Assembly (NCBI GenBank): GCA_937896365.1 | Contig: CALBMH010000001.1 | Location: 10,805 to 74,804 of the forward strand | Reading direction: 5' to 3' | Length of the DNA: 64,000 nucleotides | DNA from: an uncultured Alphaproteobacteria bacterium | GTDB lineage: Bacteria; Pseudomonadota; Alphaproteobacteria; Paracaedibacterales; JAKBAR01 | In this document: positions 32,879 to 41,604 of the stretch, piece by piece | How the letters are laid out: every line of letters starts with the position of its first letter | How positions within the stretch are numbered: the first letter of the stretch is position 1 | Translations under genes and position numbers: made by a program | The notes under the pieces: model-generated | Database searches by the model: none | What the model was told of the DNA's origin: nothing | The model's input: only the letters and a program-made list of their open reading frames with translations

Positions 32879-34255
32879 TCATGCAAAGAGAGGTTCTTTC
32901 AAGGAGGCTGAATAATTTTCTCCCAATGACTGGACTAAAAAGTCGATCACATCATGAACCAAGGATTCGTCCTCACTTTGAGCCATCAAGCGAAGGCTTC
33001 CTTCAGTACCCGAGACACGCACGACAAGGACACCTTGGTGACCAATCATTTCCTCAGCTTGCCGAATAATATTCTTTGAAGCGTCACTCTCCATGGGCAT
33101 AAATGCACCGAAAGGAAGAGTATGCGTCACTTGTGGAAGAGGCTCATAAGGATTACCAAGGACACTTAAAGGTTTACCTGATTGAATGAGGATTGCCGCA
33201 ACTTGAAGCGCTGTAATAAGTCCATCAGCTACAGGGGAAAAATCGTGTAAAAGAATATGACCGGATGGTTCTCCCCCTGTGTTCATTCCCTCTTGAAACA
33301 AAGAGGCAAGGACATAACGGTCACCCACTGGGCTACGAACAAGAGCAAGCCCAAGAGTCTTTAGGTAGCGTTCTAATCCTCTGTTCGCCATCACCGTTGA
33401 AACGATCCCCCTGCCCTTGAGTTTACCCTTTTCATAGAAGTATGGAGCAATGAGAGCCAGTATCTGGTCCCCATTGACACTCTCCCCCTTCTCATCCAGT
33501 AACACAAGCCGGTCAGCATCGGCATCTAGAACCACAGCAAAGTCAGCTTTATGCTCAATCAGAGTTTTTTTTGCAAGGTGTATATCTGTCGTTCCACATT
33601 TAACATTTGTGTTAAACCCATCCGGATGCACTCCCACAGGAATGATATGTGCTCCCAATTCTGAAAAGATGGTAGGCGCCACAGTGTAAGCAGCACCCTG
33701 GGAACAATCTAAAACGATCTTAAGACCATCCAATTGAAGCGTCTTTGGAAACGTCCCTTTCACAAACTCTATATAACGCCCTGTGGCATCACCAAGGGTT
33801 CTTACTTTTCCAAGATTTCTATAATTCGGGAGAGGAAGAGATACGATCATCCGTTGCTCAATGGCAAGTTCCACATCATCAGAGAGCTTATATCCATCGG
33901 GCCCCAAAAGCTTAAGGCCATTATCGGGAAAGTAACCGTGAGAGCCTGTGATCATGACACCTAAATTGGCACGTAACGACCTTGTAAGCAAAGAAACGGC
34001 CGATAGAGGAATAGTTCCCAGCAAGATAACATCAAACCCCATAGACGTGAATGCTGCTTCAAGCGCTCCCTCAATCATATCTCCTGAAACACGGGTATCC
34101 TTTCCAATAACCACGGTACGTGGATAACTTCCCCGAGTAAAAAAAGATGCTGCTGCTCTTGCCAATCGTATGATCGTTTCAGCCGTCATAGGCGGTACAT
34201 TCACACGCCCCCGAATGCCATCTGTTCCAAAAAGACATCGCTGAGTGAGCATCAT
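32879..34255 (-). CDS. phosphoglucosamine-mutase paralog (alpha-D-phosphohexomutase family), last gene of the pga cluster
   Basis: It is collinear with the canonical GlmM at 55467-56816, sharing FGTDGIRG, VVIGKDTR, DADADR, GGEPSGH and VSGTEG. The phosphoserine loop reads GVMITGSHGYFPDNG instead of GVMISASHNPYPDNG. Its ATG overlaps the pgaC stop (ATGA). Confidence 0.8.
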   Translation of the reverse strand: MMLTQRCLFGTDGIRGRVNVPPMTAETIIRLARAAASFFTRGSYPRTVVIGKDTRVSGDMIEGALEAAFTSMGFDVILLGTIPLSAVSLLTRSLRANLGVMITGSHGYFPDNGLKLLGPDGYKLSDDVELAIEQRMIVSLPLPNYRNLGKVRTLGDATGRYIEFVKGTFPKTLQLDGLKIVLDCSQGAAYTVAPTIFSELGAHIIPVGVHPDGFNTNVKCGTTDIHLAKKTLIEHKADFAVVLDADADRLVLLDEKGESVNGDQILALIAPYFYEKGKLKGRGIVSTVMANRGLERYLKTLGLALVRSPVGDRYVLASLFQEGMNTGGEPSGHILLHDFSPVADGLITALQVAAILIQSGKPLSVLGNPYEPLPQVTHTLPFGAFMPMESDASKNIIRQAEEMIGHQGVLVVRVSGTEGSLRLMAQSEDESLVHDVIDFLVQSLGENYSASLKEPLFA

Positions 34256-35514
34256 TGGCGTTCAGAACTCCAGTCAACTTTTTTCTTATGTTCACGCCAT
34301 AAGATGGGCATGGCTAACCACGTGATAACCACCATAAAAATCCAATAAAAAGCAGGGTAAAGAATTATATAAGGAAAAAATCGCACAACATCACGATCGT
34401 GCTTAATCTCAATAAGCCCACCTATGGTAAGTTGTAGCAAGCTGAAACTCATCATAATAACAATCCATTGATAATTAAAAATAAGATGCTCGTGATAAGG
34501 AAAATAAGAAGAAAAGGAACTTAGATAAGATGATGAATTTGAATAAAAAGAAGCAAAGAACTTCGCAGACTCAAAAAAAACGATAAGTCCATAAAGAGTA
34601 TTCCACAATATGGAAATAATTGCCTCATAGAAAATTGTCCACATACGACGCATAGACCATTGTTTTAAGATACCTTTATGCACTCTTAAAACCTGCATGA
34701 GCCCTCTTGCCCATCGCAGGCGTTGCTTGAAAAAACTTCTCAAAGTATCAGGCACATGCATCCATACAATCGCCCGTGGTTCATAGCGCACATCCCAGTG
34801 TTTCTTTTCAAGGCGCCAGGTCACATCAATGTCCTCTGTATACATATCTGGACGGAAACCGTTAATACTAAACAGGGCTTCTTTTCTAAAAGCAGCAACG
34901 ATGCCGGAAACTGTGATAATACGCCCCCATATTCTTTGGGAGCGTCGCAATAATCCAATAATGGACGTAAAATCAATAACCTGAATGCGCGTCAAGAAGT
35001 TTGTCGTATTCTTTACCCTTGGGTGCCCTGTGACGGCCCCCACACGAGCATGTTGAAAGTGCCATGTCAAATGTTGCAGCAAGTCTGGTTCTGGTTCTGC
35101 ATCCGCATCAAGAACAACGATAACCTCCCCATTAATAAGAGGAAGAGCGTCATTAAGAGCAAGTGACTTACCCTGATTGATCTTCTTATCAATAAGGCGT
35201 ATGTTCGCGTTTTTTAAAAAGGGACTCAGCTTTTGAAACGTCCCATCTGTGGAACCGTCATTGATGACAATGATCTCGAAGTTTGGGTAGGTCATCTGAG
35301 ACATGGCTAAAAGAGCACTTTCAATCAAGCGCTCTTCGTTATACACGGGAACGAGCACAGAAACTCTCGGTACATGTTTTGGAAAGACTTCATGATGCAT
35401 TTCTTCCCAACGAATTTTGTAGGTTACAGAAAAAACGAGCCACATGACAGACGTAACAATGGGATAAAACGCAACGAAAATAAAAATGGCTGTGTATATG
35501 TCTGCCCACATCAT
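34252..35514 (-). CDS. pgaC: poly-beta-1,6-N-acetylglucosamine synthase (GT2)
   Basis: PgaC-typical stretches are VLVPVYNEE, VINDGSTDGT, VLDADAEPEPD, TEDIDVTWRL and QRLRWARG, with flanking TMs. The gene sits in a pgaA/pgaB context. Confidence 0.88.
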   Translation of the reverse strand: MMWADIYTAIFIFVAFYPIVTSVMWLVFSVTYKIRWEEMHHEVFPKHVPRVSVLVPVYNEERLIESALLAMSQMTYPNFEIIVINDGSTDGTFQKLSPFLKNANIRLIDKKINQGKSLALNDALPLINGEVIVVLDADAEPEPDLLQHLTWHFQHARVGAVTGHPRVKNTTNFLTRIQVIDFTSIIGLLRRSQRIWGRIITVSGIVAAFRKEALFSINGFRPDMYTEDIDVTWRLEKKHWDVRYEPRAIVWMHVPDTLRSFFKQRLRWARGLMQVLRVHKGILKQWSMRRMWTIFYEAIISILWNTLYGLIVFFESAKFFASFYSNSSSYLSSFSSYFPYHEHLIFNYQWIVIMMSFSLLQLTIGGLIEIKHDRDVVRFFPYIILYPAFYWIFMVVITWLAMPILWREHKKKVDWSSERQ

Positions 35515-35900
35515 TTACTGCTCTTCACTTTTAAAAATGTGTAATATTTTACTTGTCCTTCTTTATCACAATCCACAACAATGATTTTATTTTTTTTAAG
35601 TTTCGCTATATTTGCAACGACTTTATACCCCAGCAAATCTCTTTCATACTCCCAAACTGCTTGAGGTATTTCCTTTCGTGGTTTAAGAGTCCTATGAAGA
35701 AATAAGTGACGCCGTATCCACGTGAGAACACCCACTAAGAGAAGGAAGACTTCCGCAGCCACAATAACAAGAATGGTTTTATAGAAATGTTTCTGTGATA
35801 AAGACGCATAACAAACACCTGCTATATACAAAGACCAACAACAAGAAAGGGCGCAGACATGCTCGCATAGCTTTAAGTAAGATAAGCGAGGTCTTTTCAT
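35511..35900 (-). CDS. PgaD-like small inner-membrane protein (tentative)
   Basis: The product is 129 aa with two N-terminal hydrophobic spans and a basic cytoplasmic tail ending KLKKNKIIVVDCDKEGQV. By eye this is comparable to the E. coli PgaD C-terminus (..LQKSHRMSVHFTSQGQI). Its stop overlaps the pgaC ATG (ATGA). Confidence 0.5.
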   Translation of the reverse strand: MKRPRLSYLKLCEHVCALSCCWSLYIAGVCYASLSQKHFYKTILVIVAAEVFLLLVGVLTWIRRHLFLHRTLKPRKEIPQAVWEYERDLLGYKVVANIAKLKKNKIIVVDCDKEGQVKYYTFLKVKSSK

Positions 35901-36081
35901 CGGATTCTTCCTCGAGTTGGCATCTGACTCTCAGACAATAAAAAGTGGAACGTAGGAAAACCATGACAAACCCCTTGACCCCACGCAATTAACATTGAAA
36001 TGACCTTTTGTCGCAGGAATACGCCAGAGATACAACATTGAATGATAAATATATGAATGTGTGCATCTTTCTCTCTTTTCC

Positions 36082-38013
36082 TTATGGTAAGTGCACAAAG
36101 CTTTGTAAAGATATCCCTTCCTTTATAAGAGAAATATCCGGGTGATTTTGAAAAAGGTTATCTGGATAGAGACTAAAGTGGCGTGTTCCCTTCGCCGATA
36201 AGTCTCTTAACTGTTCCAAAAGAATTTTGGTATCGATGGGGGCGTTTTTATCGCGCCAGTTAACTGTTTGGAGTTCAAAAATAGTTTTCTGGAGTCCTGT
36301 GGGATTGTTTTTAACCTTTTCATGCAATGCATCAAGCCACGCAGAAGGATCTTCAGCCTTTTCCATATAGGGCATAGCCATTAAAGCGACATAGTCGTAG
36401 GCATAAAGAAAGTCGTGGAAATTTTGGGCATACCATGCTTCACTCTCAGGAGAGAGGACAAGATCCGCAAAGAGGCTACGTGTCGTTTGAATTGTTGGCC
36501 GGAAAACCTTTACTTTTTCAATGATTTCTTTTGTAAAGTCGATAAGAGATCTGCTCTTCCAACGGCTCCATTTTGAAAAAAGAACAGGGTCGTTTTTGAT
36601 CGTATCTATAGAATCTGGAAAGCCTGCCTTCTTCATCGCTTCCACAGCAAAGGGGGACCAATCCTCAAAGTCTGTTAGAATATCATCATGAAAAGCAATA
36701 CCATCAATAGGGGCGTTGAAGGCTAAACTTTCGTATATTCCTAAAATCTTTTGCCGTGCTAGAGGATGAAAAATCGACGATCTTATGTACTGTTCGCGGT
36801 CAATACACTGACAATCGCTCCCAGGTATGAGGGATTTCACAAGAAGATCGTCATTCTTAAAATCAAAAGCCATAAGAGGAAGCCACGCGAAAACTTTCGC
36901 ATGAACCCGCGTTGCTATTTGCCAGCAAATCCTATTAAAAATATCGCTTCTTATAGGAAGATGGGAATTATGAAAATACAGGCTCTCTGCATAACCCTTA
37001 GCATTTATGTCTGAAAACGCCTGGAGAAACACTGTATTAATTTGGTACTGGTATAAGCGTTCAATTAGTGCATCGATATTTTTCTCCGTTTGCTTGGGGT
37101 CAGGATCATAGATGTGATCGAGGTCAATACGCACAGCTCGTAGAGTACTTTCTTGTGTGTCTTGGAAATTTTTCAAAGCAGAGATAAATGCAGAAAGAGA
37201 TTGCTCTTGCGTGTAATAACAGCGACTGACCGCATCAAGATGAGTGACATCCTTATTATAACCCTGGCCATCTAGAGTGAGAAAAACCTTTATTCCCATC
37301 TTTTTAGCCATATCAAGAGAAACCTGATTATAACGACCATAGGGCCAGACCATCAAACGCGGATTCTTTCCAGTTTTCTTCAAAATACGTTCTTGGTTCA
37401 TTCTTAAATCTTCTTCGATACGTATCTTATAATGATCGAAAGACTCATAGGCTTCCTGTTCTTTATTATAAAACCGTGTGACAAGGGCTGCCTGGGTCGT
37501 TCCTTGGGGATTTGCCACGATGCCTTTATGCAACGCAAAGGTGTGCGACGCGATCTCAACAAGTCCGGAATCAGCCATTTCCTTTATTTGACTCCATGTC
37601 AAGAATTTTTCAGCAGAGATGGTTTTGGAACCGTAGATAATAGTCTTCCCCTCTTCCTTTGCATCAATCCAACTGCCCACAACTCCGAGTACGGCTGGAA
37701 AGTTGAACGTTTTTAAAAGTGGGTAAACAAACGTATAAAAACTTTCGTATCCATCATCAAATGTTAAAAGAATGGATTTATCTGGAAGGGTTTTCTCTCC
37801 AGCTTGGGCTTTCAGGAGATCGTCAGGATGAATAGGATGATAACCATTTTCTTTAATCCATTGGAAATGCCCCACAAGATCACCCCTCGTCACAGCGTCA
37901 TAATCTACCTGATCCGCTGTTAAAACAACATCGTGATAAGCAATTGCCATAAAGTGATTTTCAGCTATCCCTGCTTCAACGATCAAAAAAATCCAGACAA
38001 AAAAATAAAACAT
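36082..38013 (-). CDS. pgaB: PNAG N-deacetylase/hydrolase PgaB-like
   Basis: A signal-like N-terminus precedes a CE4 deacetylase motif (LLTFDDGYESFY). A roughly 330-aa C-terminal glycoside-hydrolase-like domain follows. The size (643 aa) and position between pgaA and pgaC fit PgaB. Confidence 0.8.
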   Translation of the reverse strand: MFYFFVWIFLIVEAGIAENHFMAIAYHDVVLTADQVDYDAVTRGDLVGHFQWIKENGYHPIHPDDLLKAQAGEKTLPDKSILLTFDDGYESFYTFVYPLLKTFNFPAVLGVVGSWIDAKEEGKTIIYGSKTISAEKFLTWSQIKEMADSGLVEIASHTFALHKGIVANPQGTTQAALVTRFYNKEQEAYESFDHYKIRIEEDLRMNQERILKKTGKNPRLMVWPYGRYNQVSLDMAKKMGIKVFLTLDGQGYNKDVTHLDAVSRCYYTQEQSLSAFISALKNFQDTQESTLRAVRIDLDHIYDPDPKQTEKNIDALIERLYQYQINTVFLQAFSDINAKGYAESLYFHNSHLPIRSDIFNRICWQIATRVHAKVFAWLPLMAFDFKNDDLLVKSLIPGSDCQCIDREQYIRSSIFHPLARQKILGIYESLAFNAPIDGIAFHDDILTDFEDWSPFAVEAMKKAGFPDSIDTIKNDPVLFSKWSRWKSRSLIDFTKEIIEKVKVFRPTIQTTRSLFADLVLSPESEAWYAQNFHDFLYAYDYVALMAMPYMEKAEDPSAWLDALHEKVKNNPTGLQKTIFELQTVNWRDKNAPIDTKILLEQLRDLSAKGTRHFSLYPDNLFQNHPDISLIKEGISLQSFVHLP

Positions 38014-38017
38014 AAAC

Positions 38018-40492
38018 TTAGAACCTTATATTAAAATTAGCGAAGAGTGTTGTGGAATACTCGTGGACGCCATCGTACGTGGAACGTTTACGACGAATGC
38101 CGTAGCTCAAATAATACCAATTCTGGTAGTCCAAAATGTGCTCGTAAGAGACACCAAACACCCATGCTCTCCTATACCCTTTTTCCCAATACAATCCCAA
38201 GGCAGGCGTGAGACTATGCTTGAAAGAGAACTCGTAATGACGGTAAAGAGTTTGATTGAAAATAGGAGACACAGACACATAAGAGTCTTTAAGGGGACTA
38301 TAATAGGGAACATCATTTATTTTTGACTTACGCCAACCCAGGTCGATTCTGAGATCTGTCGTTTCTCTAGGTCTCTCAACAAGCTGACCTTGTATGTATG
38401 TACTCCCACCCTGCCATGCGTTGCGTCCTGTAAATTCTTGATCAAAAAACGAGACACCAAACTTAAGAGCATTGTTATAATAATACCCCGCACCTATCTG
38501 GAAATAGTGAGAAGAAATCTTATTCGCAAGTGCTCTTCCGGGTGTTTCAAGGCTGTGAAGATCAACGACCCCAGAAAAAGACCACTCATCAGAGGGAGTA
38601 CAATTCAAAACCAACTTTGTCCCAACCTGTGAATGACCTGCATAATGATCACTATGAAATGCCATCGTTGTATTTAATGATGTAGATGTGTACTGAACAC
38701 CCGCCCCCTTTGAAACGTAAGACAAAGATCCTTCTGGAAATTCTCCTGTAAGATATCGGCCGACAAGAAAGGCTCTAAAATTATAAGCAATGGGCCTTGA
38801 ATAAAAACTTCCCTCGAGAGAAGATGTACCTTTTGAACTCAGTCCCCCTTTCTCAAAACTATACCGTGACTCAATCTCCATTGAGTTGTAAGCATTCCAA
38901 CTTTTTTCTAATTTTTTGATACTTTCATCAGAGGGGTAAGAACTTTTTAGCATTTCTAGAAGTTTTTCCGCTTCCTCGTACTGGGAAAGCGACATAAGCG
39001 CTCCCACACGACTTACCTTTAACCCAAGATTTTCTTTATTATTCGTTTGGCCAATATCAAACTCTTTTTTCGCTGCTCTTGGAAGACCCCTTGCAAGATA
39101 CGTTTCTCCCAAAAGTCTTCGAAACTGGGTATTATAGGGAGCTATCTTGATGATATCCCTTAATTTCTCTTCTGACTTTGATAACAAATTCGCATACAAA
39201 AAAGAAGCATGATAGCATTCTTCAAGATTTTGCCGACTTTCATTTGACCGTTTCATTCCGCTAATGGTCGTTAATTTTTCCTGGGCACCCCGTTGATTTT
39301 TTATAAAAGTCAAACTACTCTTCAGTTCTTCGTTCTCAAGGAGGGTATAATATATCCCCTTGATAGAATCGATGCTTGATGGAGACTTTCGAAGAACGAA
39401 AGAGAAAATCGTTTTTGCCTCTCTCAAAAAGCGTAAGGTTAAATACGAATCACCCACAGCTTCTAAAGACTGTAGAGGAATGTCCTCATTCGATTTTCCC
39501 TGCAATAAAAGCTTTTCATAAAGACGAAGAGTATCTTCGTGGCGCCCTCGCCGGTTATAGACAATGAGCAAATCACAAAGATTATTAAGAATTTGCCTCT
39601 CGTCTTTTTTCTGTGAGGCTTGATCCGTGAGTTTGTCAATAGCACGATCAAAATGACTATAATTTTCAGGGTATTCTGACGCAATTCCCCATTTAATATC
39701 CAAGGCTGCTTGATTCGATTTGATTTTTTCTAAAAGGTCTTTTCCTAAGATTTGAGTCTTATCTTCTTGGTCACGATACTGTTCGTAGATCCCCATGTGT
39801 TCTTGAGAATGCAGCATGAGAATATTTCTTGCCTTCTTATCCTTGAACTTTTCTGCTTCGTAGGAAGCAAGCGCCTCATTCAATGCTTTTGCCCTTCCTT
39901 GGATTGCTTCTTTATCTGTGGGAATTTTCTCTAATGCCTCTTCGTAGTGCTTTAAAGCATCAACATAAAATCCCATGCGCATGTAAGAAAGAGCTATAAG
40001 ATTTAGGACTTCTACACCCTTATGAGGGTCATCTTTAAAACGCAGCAATAGATTAGGAATTTCGTACGGATTATTTTCTTGAAATAAAACAAAAGCAAGA
40101 CCTATATAACCATCAATGTCACCAGGTTTCTTCTGCAAAAGAAAACTATAAAAAAATCTTGCTTGATGGGTATACTCAAGCTCCCTGCAATTCCTCGCAA
40201 GCACTTCGATAACGTACAGTGGGAGGTGTACAATGGGTTCTGTTACCCTCTTTCTAAAAAGAGAATAAGACTCCTTGTGGCGACCTTGCCACGTTAAAAC
40301 ACTCATATAATCGTAAACAAGCTGTTCATACCACCCCTTGCTGCGTATAATGTAATCAAATATCGAAAAAGCCTCATCATAGTGTCCTTGGCGTGCAAGT
40401 TCTACGGCATGATGATGTTCCCTCAAGTCGTCATTACCATAACAATAAGAAATGCATAGAATAAAATATGAAAATACAAGTACTCTTAACAT
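38018..40492 (-). CDS. pgaA: PNAG export outer-membrane porin with TPR domain, PgaA-like
   Basis: A signal peptide is followed by many TPR-like helical repeats. The C-terminal region has alternating beta-strand character and ends in ..FANFNIRF, the OMP terminal Phe signature. The 824-aa product is encoded immediately upstream of pgaB. Confidence 0.75.
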   Translation of the reverse strand: MLRVLVFSYFILCISYCYGNDDLREHHHAVELARQGHYDEAFSIFDYIIRSKGWYEQLVYDYMSVLTWQGRHKESYSLFRKRVTEPIVHLPLYVIEVLARNCRELEYTHQARFFYSFLLQKKPGDIDGYIGLAFVLFQENNPYEIPNLLLRFKDDPHKGVEVLNLIALSYMRMGFYVDALKHYEEALEKIPTDKEAIQGRAKALNEALASYEAEKFKDKKARNILMLHSQEHMGIYEQYRDQEDKTQILGKDLLEKIKSNQAALDIKWGIASEYPENYSHFDRAIDKLTDQASQKKDERQILNNLCDLLIVYNRRGRHEDTLRLYEKLLLQGKSNEDIPLQSLEAVGDSYLTLRFLREAKTIFSFVLRKSPSSIDSIKGIYYTLLENEELKSSLTFIKNQRGAQEKLTTISGMKRSNESRQNLEECYHASFLYANLLSKSEEKLRDIIKIAPYNTQFRRLLGETYLARGLPRAAKKEFDIGQTNNKENLGLKVSRVGALMSLSQYEEAEKLLEMLKSSYPSDESIKKLEKSWNAYNSMEIESRYSFEKGGLSSKGTSSLEGSFYSRPIAYNFRAFLVGRYLTGEFPEGSLSYVSKGAGVQYTSTSLNTTMAFHSDHYAGHSQVGTKLVLNCTPSDEWSFSGVVDLHSLETPGRALANKISSHYFQIGAGYYYNNALKFGVSFFDQEFTGRNAWQGGSTYIQGQLVERPRETTDLRIDLGWRKSKINDVPYYSPLKDSYVSVSPIFNQTLYRHYEFSFKHSLTPALGLYWEKGYRRAWVFGVSYEHILDYQNWYYLSYGIRRKRSTYDGVHEYSTTLFANFNIRF

Positions 40493-40713
40493 ATATCAAA
40501 TTATACTCTGTAAAAACACAGTACATCTTCATCAAAAAAGATTAAAATTTTGTTAAAACTATTTTCTTTAACATCTAAAACAAGAATGTTGTACCGTGTC
40601 CGAGTACTCTGTTCTTAAGAAACATTCATGATGTGTTGCGCAGTGAAATTCGAGCTTCGTGGTGTCTGGGAAAAATGAGAGACGGCTGCTCTCGGAAAAA
40701 ATCAGGAAGTGGA

Positions 40714-41499
40714 TCAAAAAGGGGTTATGGCTGTAATCATCAAATCTTTCGTAAATGCTTGGCGCGTGGGTAAAAGAATGCCTTCGAGGAGGTGCTTTTC
40801 AAGAAAATATCCAAGAACAAAAAGAGCTTCTTTAAAATCAGTACCTTCGACAGAATGAAAAACCCGTGGAAGGGGCAATAATTTATCTTTATACAGAGCT
40901 CCAGCCTCTTTACTAACAGTTCTTCCCGATTTGGGAGAAATATAACAGAGATTATCTCTTCTCCCTGTCACAGCGCATACCGACACATCCAAACCAAATC
41001 CGAGTTGCTCAAGGAGGATTTTCTCAAACTGTATGTAATCATAGAGCCAATATTCTGACGATAGACCTCTGACAAACTGCTCAATCGCCCGATACAATTG
41101 CGGGTAGGAATGATGCTCAACAAGAAGACGGTTAAGCAATCCTGCCATACTTTGAAGGGCCAAAAGCCTTTGATAGTCTCCTCCACACACAACAGCTGTG
41201 GAGACAGGCTGAATGAGCTCATGGTCAATAAACCCCAACTGATGCTCAAGCCTCGCAGACCATGTGATACGACACTTATAACCAAGGTCAAGGGAATTTT
41301 TGCGCGAATAACGTGCAATACCATTCATGCGACCGTTCGCCTTTGTCACAAAACTTAAGAAGAGCTTGCTTTCAGAGAAATGCCGTTTTTGAATCAGAAA
41401 GCCTTCATCATGAATGCGCACAAAAGCATGGAGGGTTAGGGGGTATTTCCGTGAGTATAAAACCCCTTTTGGCAAAATTCTATGTATATAAGGAGACAT
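40714..41499 (-). CDS. recO: DNA repair protein RecO
   Basis: The stretch FEKILLEQLGFGLDVSVCAVTGRRDNLCYISPKSGRTVSKEAGALYKDKLLPLP is RecO-typical. The product is 261 aa. Confidence 0.85.
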   Translation of the reverse strand: MSPYIHRILPKGVLYSRKYPLTLHAFVRIHDEGFLIQKRHFSESKLFLSFVTKANGRMNGIARYSRKNSLDLGYKCRITWSARLEHQLGFIDHELIQPVSTAVVCGGDYQRLLALQSMAGLLNRLLVEHHSYPQLYRAIEQFVRGLSSEYWLYDYIQFEKILLEQLGFGLDVSVCAVTGRRDNLCYISPKSGRTVSKEAGALYKDKLLPLPRVFHSVEGTDFKEALFVLGYFLEKHLLEGILLPTRQAFTKDLMITAITPF

Positions 41500-41604
41500 C
41501 CGTTGCGAGGAAGGAAGAGTTTAACAAAGGTAAGATCCCTGGAAAATTCGTACAGTCTCCCCTATAATCAGCTCCATCAGAATAAAGAAATCACACATAA
41601 AATC

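Noticed and set aside
41482-41604. N-terminal 41-codon extension of the valS ORF
   Set aside because: It overlaps the recO start region on the opposite strand. The conserved ValS N-terminus begins at ATG 41605.
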